DNA of 64,000 nucleotides from Oopsacas minuta. Its lineage: Eukaryota > Animalia > Porifera. This document shows, in pieces, positions 55,501 through 64,000 of the stretch. The position numbers and the translations under genes are program-made. The stretch is from the NCBI GenBank assembly GCA_024704765.1, contig JAKMXF010000034.1, positions 5,257 through 69,256 of the forward strand. Reading direction: 5' to 3'. The notes beneath the pieces were generated by a model. That model was not told the origin of the DNA. It was given only the letters and a program-made list of their open reading frames with translations, and searched no databases. Numbering within the stretch: position 1 is the first letter of the stretch; every line of letters starts with the position of its first letter.

Positions 55501-58106
55501 GGTGCATTTACCATTACAAACTGAGGATTAGTATCAAATATCTCTCCTGTATAGCTGATATTATACATGAGATCACGTCCATTCTGATCTATTGCAGGAG
55601 GAGGATTAAATGTTACTCTAATAGATGTAGCACTCAATGCTACCGTCATTACGTTTTGAGGTGTTTCACTGGGAGCTATTAGGAATATAAACAAATAATA
55701 GATAAATTTTTGCAAAACTCTGTTTTCCAAGGGAAAAAGAATATATTATTGAAATTGAGGATGATTCAGAGAACCATCTCTTATACGTGTATAGTCAGTA
55801 AATTTTACAGTGTATTATCACTATCCTGCACTCTTTTACATACAAGATTATTTCTTATACAAAGCAAAAGGACATTATTAGCAAATTGATTCACATCTCA
55901 CCTGCGATATCTGTCAACTGTACTACGTCATCAGTGTATTCACTTGTTCCTGCTACATTAATAGCTCTAACACTAATAGTATAATTGTTATATTCTTGTA
56001 ATCCAGTTAGATTAACAGAAATTTGTGTATCAGCTGGATAGTTTGAATTTGGTGCATTTACCATTACAAACTGAGTATTAGTATCAAATATCTCTCCTGT
56101 ATAGCTGATATTATACATCAGATCAGGTCCATTCTGATCTATTGCAGGAGGAGGATCAAATGTTACTCTAATAGAATTAGCACTCAATGTTTCTGTCATT
56201 ACGTTTTGTGGTGTTTCACTGGGAGCTATGAAGAATACAATTATAATTATATAGTTTAAAATATGTAGCTCAATGTGTATGTATAACTATTGAATTAGTT
56301 TATTGATTATACTGAATTAGATCAATTAATCTCACCTGCTTCATTAGTTAACTGCACTACTCCATTAGTGTATTCACTTGTTCCTGCTACATTAATAGCT
56401 CTAACACTAATAGTATAATTGTTATATTCTTGTAATCCAGTTAGATCAATAGAAATTTGTGTATCAGCTGGATAGTTTGAATTTGGTGCATTTACCATTA
56501 CAAACTGAGGATCAGTATCAAATATCTCTCCTGTATAGCTGATATTATACATGAGATCAGGTCCATTCTGATCTATTCCAGGAGGAGGATCAAATGTTAC
56601 TCTAATAGATGTAGCACTCAATGCTACTGTCATTACGTTTTGAGGTGTTTCACTGGGAGCTATTAGGAATATAAACAAATAATAGATAAAATTTTGCAAA
56701 ACTTTGTTTTCAAAGGGAAAAAGAATATATTATTGAAATTAAGAGCGATTCAGAGAACCATCTCTTATACGAATATAGTCAGTAAATTTTACAGTGCATT
56801 ATCACTATTAATTATTTCTTATACAAAAAAAGGACATTATTAGCAAATTGATTCACATCTCACCTGCGATATCTGTCAACTGTACTACTCCATCTGTGTA
56901 TTCACTTGTTCCTTCTACATTAATAGCTCTAACACTAATAGTATAATTGTTATATTCTTGTAATCCAGTTAGATTAACAGAAATTTGTGTATCAGCTGGA
57001 TAGTTTGAATTTGGTGCATTTACCATTACAAACTGAGTATTATTATCAAATATCTCTCCTGTATAGCTGATATTATACATCAGATCAGGTCCATTCTGAT
57101 CTATTGCAGGAGGAGGATCAAATGTTACTCTAATAGAATTAGCACTCAATGTTTCTGTCATTACGTTTTGAGGTGTTTCACTGGGAGCTATTAGGAATAT
57201 AAACAAATAATAGATAAAATTTTGCAAAACTCTGTTTTCAAAGGGAAAAAGAATATATTATTGAAATTGAGGATGATTCAGAGAACCATCTCTTATACGT
57301 ATATAGTCAGTAAATTTTACAGTGTATTATTACTACCCTGTACTCTTTACAAACAAGATTATTTCTTATACAAAGCAAAAGGACACTATTAGCAAACTGA
57401 TTCACATCTCACCTGCGATATCTGTCAACTGCACTACTCCATCTGTATATTCACTTGTTCCTTCTAAATTAAAAGCTCTAACACTAATAGTATAATTGTT
57501 ATATTCTTGTAATCCAGTTAGATTAACAGAAATTTGTGTATCAGCTGGATAGTTTGAATTTGGTGCATTTACCATTACAAACTGAGTATTATTATCAAAT
57601 ATCTCTCCTGTATAGCTGATATTATACATCAGATCAGGTCCATTCTGATCTATTGCAGGAGGAGGATCAAATGTTACTCTAATAGAATTAGCACTCAATG
57701 TTTCTGTCATTACGTTTTGTGGTGTTTCACTGGGAGCTATGAAGAATACAATTATAATTATATAGTTTAAAATATGTAGCTCAATGTGTATGTATAACTA
57801 TTGAATTAGTTTATTGATTATACTGAATTAGATCAATTAATCTCACCTGCGATATTAGTCAACTGCACTACTCCATTAGTGTATTCACTTGTTCCTGCTA
57901 CATTAATAGCTCTAACACTAATAGTATAATTGTTATATTCTTGTAATCCAGTTAGATTAACAGAAATTTGTGTATCAGCTGGATAGTTTGAATTTGGTGC
58001 ATTTACCATTACAAACTGAGTATTAGTATCAAATATCTCTCCTGTATAGCTGATATTATACATCAGATCAGGTCCATTCTGATCTATTGCAGGAGGAGGA
58101 TCAAAT
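52548..58106 (-). CDS. Receptor gene B (5'-truncated by assembly gap): FN3-array type I membrane protein with the same TM/tyrosine tail as gene A
   Basis: Exons on the minus strand: partial 58106-57847, 57736-57413, 57187-56864, 56659-56336, 56225-55902, 55675-55352 (324 nt each), 55177-54857, 54614-54240, 54107-53787, 53329-52548. All junctions are GT-AG and phase 1-1. Confidence 0.85.
55352..58106 (-). repeat. Tandem array of at least 6 near-identical FN3 exon+intron units
   Basis: Exon ends are spaced 434/549/528/434/550 bp; introns are also near-identical between units. Confidence 0.93.
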
Positions 58107-58107
58107 N
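58107..58107. other. Assembly gap / contig junction (single N)
   Basis: ggatcaaatNacgttat: an FN3 exon is cut mid-sequence and unrelated sequence follows. Confidence 0.9.
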
Positions 58108-59363
58108 ACGTTATATATCATAAAATCATCAAAAAGAAACTGGGTTCACCCTAAAATGATGTTTCTTATTTATCAATATCTATCAAATAATTATCTATAA
58201 TGAATATTATAGAATTTATGGTGTAAACTGTAAACTCACCAAAAAAATCGATTTTTCTCAGAATTTTCTGTGTGTTTTTGCAATAGGAATAACGTTGAAT
58301 TAACGATGTTATTAACGAAGCCGTCTATTTATGGCTTGCTGTTATTTGATTTTGCCTAATCTCAACTTGTAATTCAATATAAGATCACTAGGATATCAAG
58401 TAATTCCAACTATGGAGGAAAGACATATTTGTGTATTAACCTTTAAACCCCATGATTAGTACCTAATCAGTATGTAGGAGTTAAGAAATAGTTACATTTA
58501 GTTGACTCCTACCAACTTATGAGATTGCAGATTCTATCTATACTCCAATTGGTACTAAGTACTTAGCTGGTGTTGTTCTATATTTATGCACAGCTGCACA
58601 AACTTTCTAACAAGGGCCCATGCAGTATTGAGAAGGAGTTCAAACATATCTTTTGCATTAGCTCTATAGCGCTGTAACCAAGCCAGCCAGGGGACTTAAG
58701 CCACCCGCGAGTTCGGTGCCTATGTTGATGCGAGATTCTACTACGTACTTCATCATTTTAGTTATGTTTTTGCAACAGAGAAATGTACGATTAATTTGTC
58801 AAGAATTTAACTTGTCGTATTTTCCTAGATTGCGACGGTTTAGATAAATTTAGGGAATACTATTGTAAATATCTCGATCTGAGAATTACTATGCAAAGTA
58901 CACAATTGCGTTCATTAATCTACATATACTATACAACCATAAGGGTTGAGAGGATTATTTAATTGCATCATGACGTACGATTATTTATACTTTATATTTT
59001 GGTTATGGGTTGGTGAGAAAAACTAATTTATTTATTTATTGCCCTGTACTGTTATTCCTTTGCGAAATCGAAGGAAAAATTAATTTAGTTATACAAATTT
59101 ATTGATAAATGGAGTTAGAGATATACCATATACGTAGTTTTACACGGAGAACAAACGATAATGCCCTTGATTTACTCTAATAATAAAATACAATATTTTA
59201 AAATCAATTATTTGCAAATCACATAACCACACAATAATATACAGAGAGAGCCAAACATTGTACAAGAAAATCTAAAGCTAAAAACTAAAATAGTCAGAAG
59301 GATATCTACAACATATACTAATTTTTGTTTATATAAACCTGTGGAGAATATCTGCTAGAGTTT

Positions 59364-64000
<4,637 letters not shown>

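Noticed and set aside
55352-58106. Regular repeats that might suggest a CRISPR-like or satellite array
   Set aside because: The units are 430-550 bp exon+intron blocks encoding FN3 domains, with no short repeat/unique spacer structure, and the context is eukaryotic.

Overview
AT-rich eukaryotic DNA from an animal: it has GT-AG introns, lysyl oxidase, Ig/FN3 receptors, a heparan sulfate sulfotransferase and PTPs. A compact sponge-like genome is my inference from the gene content and NHL expansion. It is not prokaryotic, and I found no CRISPR or rRNA. Left half: WARS2 and NAA20, then a LOXL2/3/4-type lysyl oxidase (4 SRCR domains + LOX domain, 8 exons, 737 aa) that the ORF track misses. I reconstructed it by splice phase. 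Its fifth intron is 15,855 bp and contains at least six intronless genes (MFS transporter, HS3ST-like, NHL, atypical Rab, RPAP1, FAIM). Middle: SNIP1, two more NHL genes (one frameshifted) and an intronless FERM-PTP whose catalytic motif is degenerate. Right half: two convergent receptor genes sharing a ~1.3 kb inverted duplication that encodes the same FN3-TM-tyrosine/ITIM-like tail. Gene A has a 9.57 kb single exon with three ~720-aa super-repeats and mosaic Ig-pair repeats. Gene B has a tandem array of near-identical 324-bp FN3 exons cut by an assembly gap (N at 58107). The window ends in the 3' part of a tandem-domain receptor PTP on the minus strand. Main candidates for new biology: the paired variable-ectodomain receptor locus and the LOXL gene split by a multi-gene intron.
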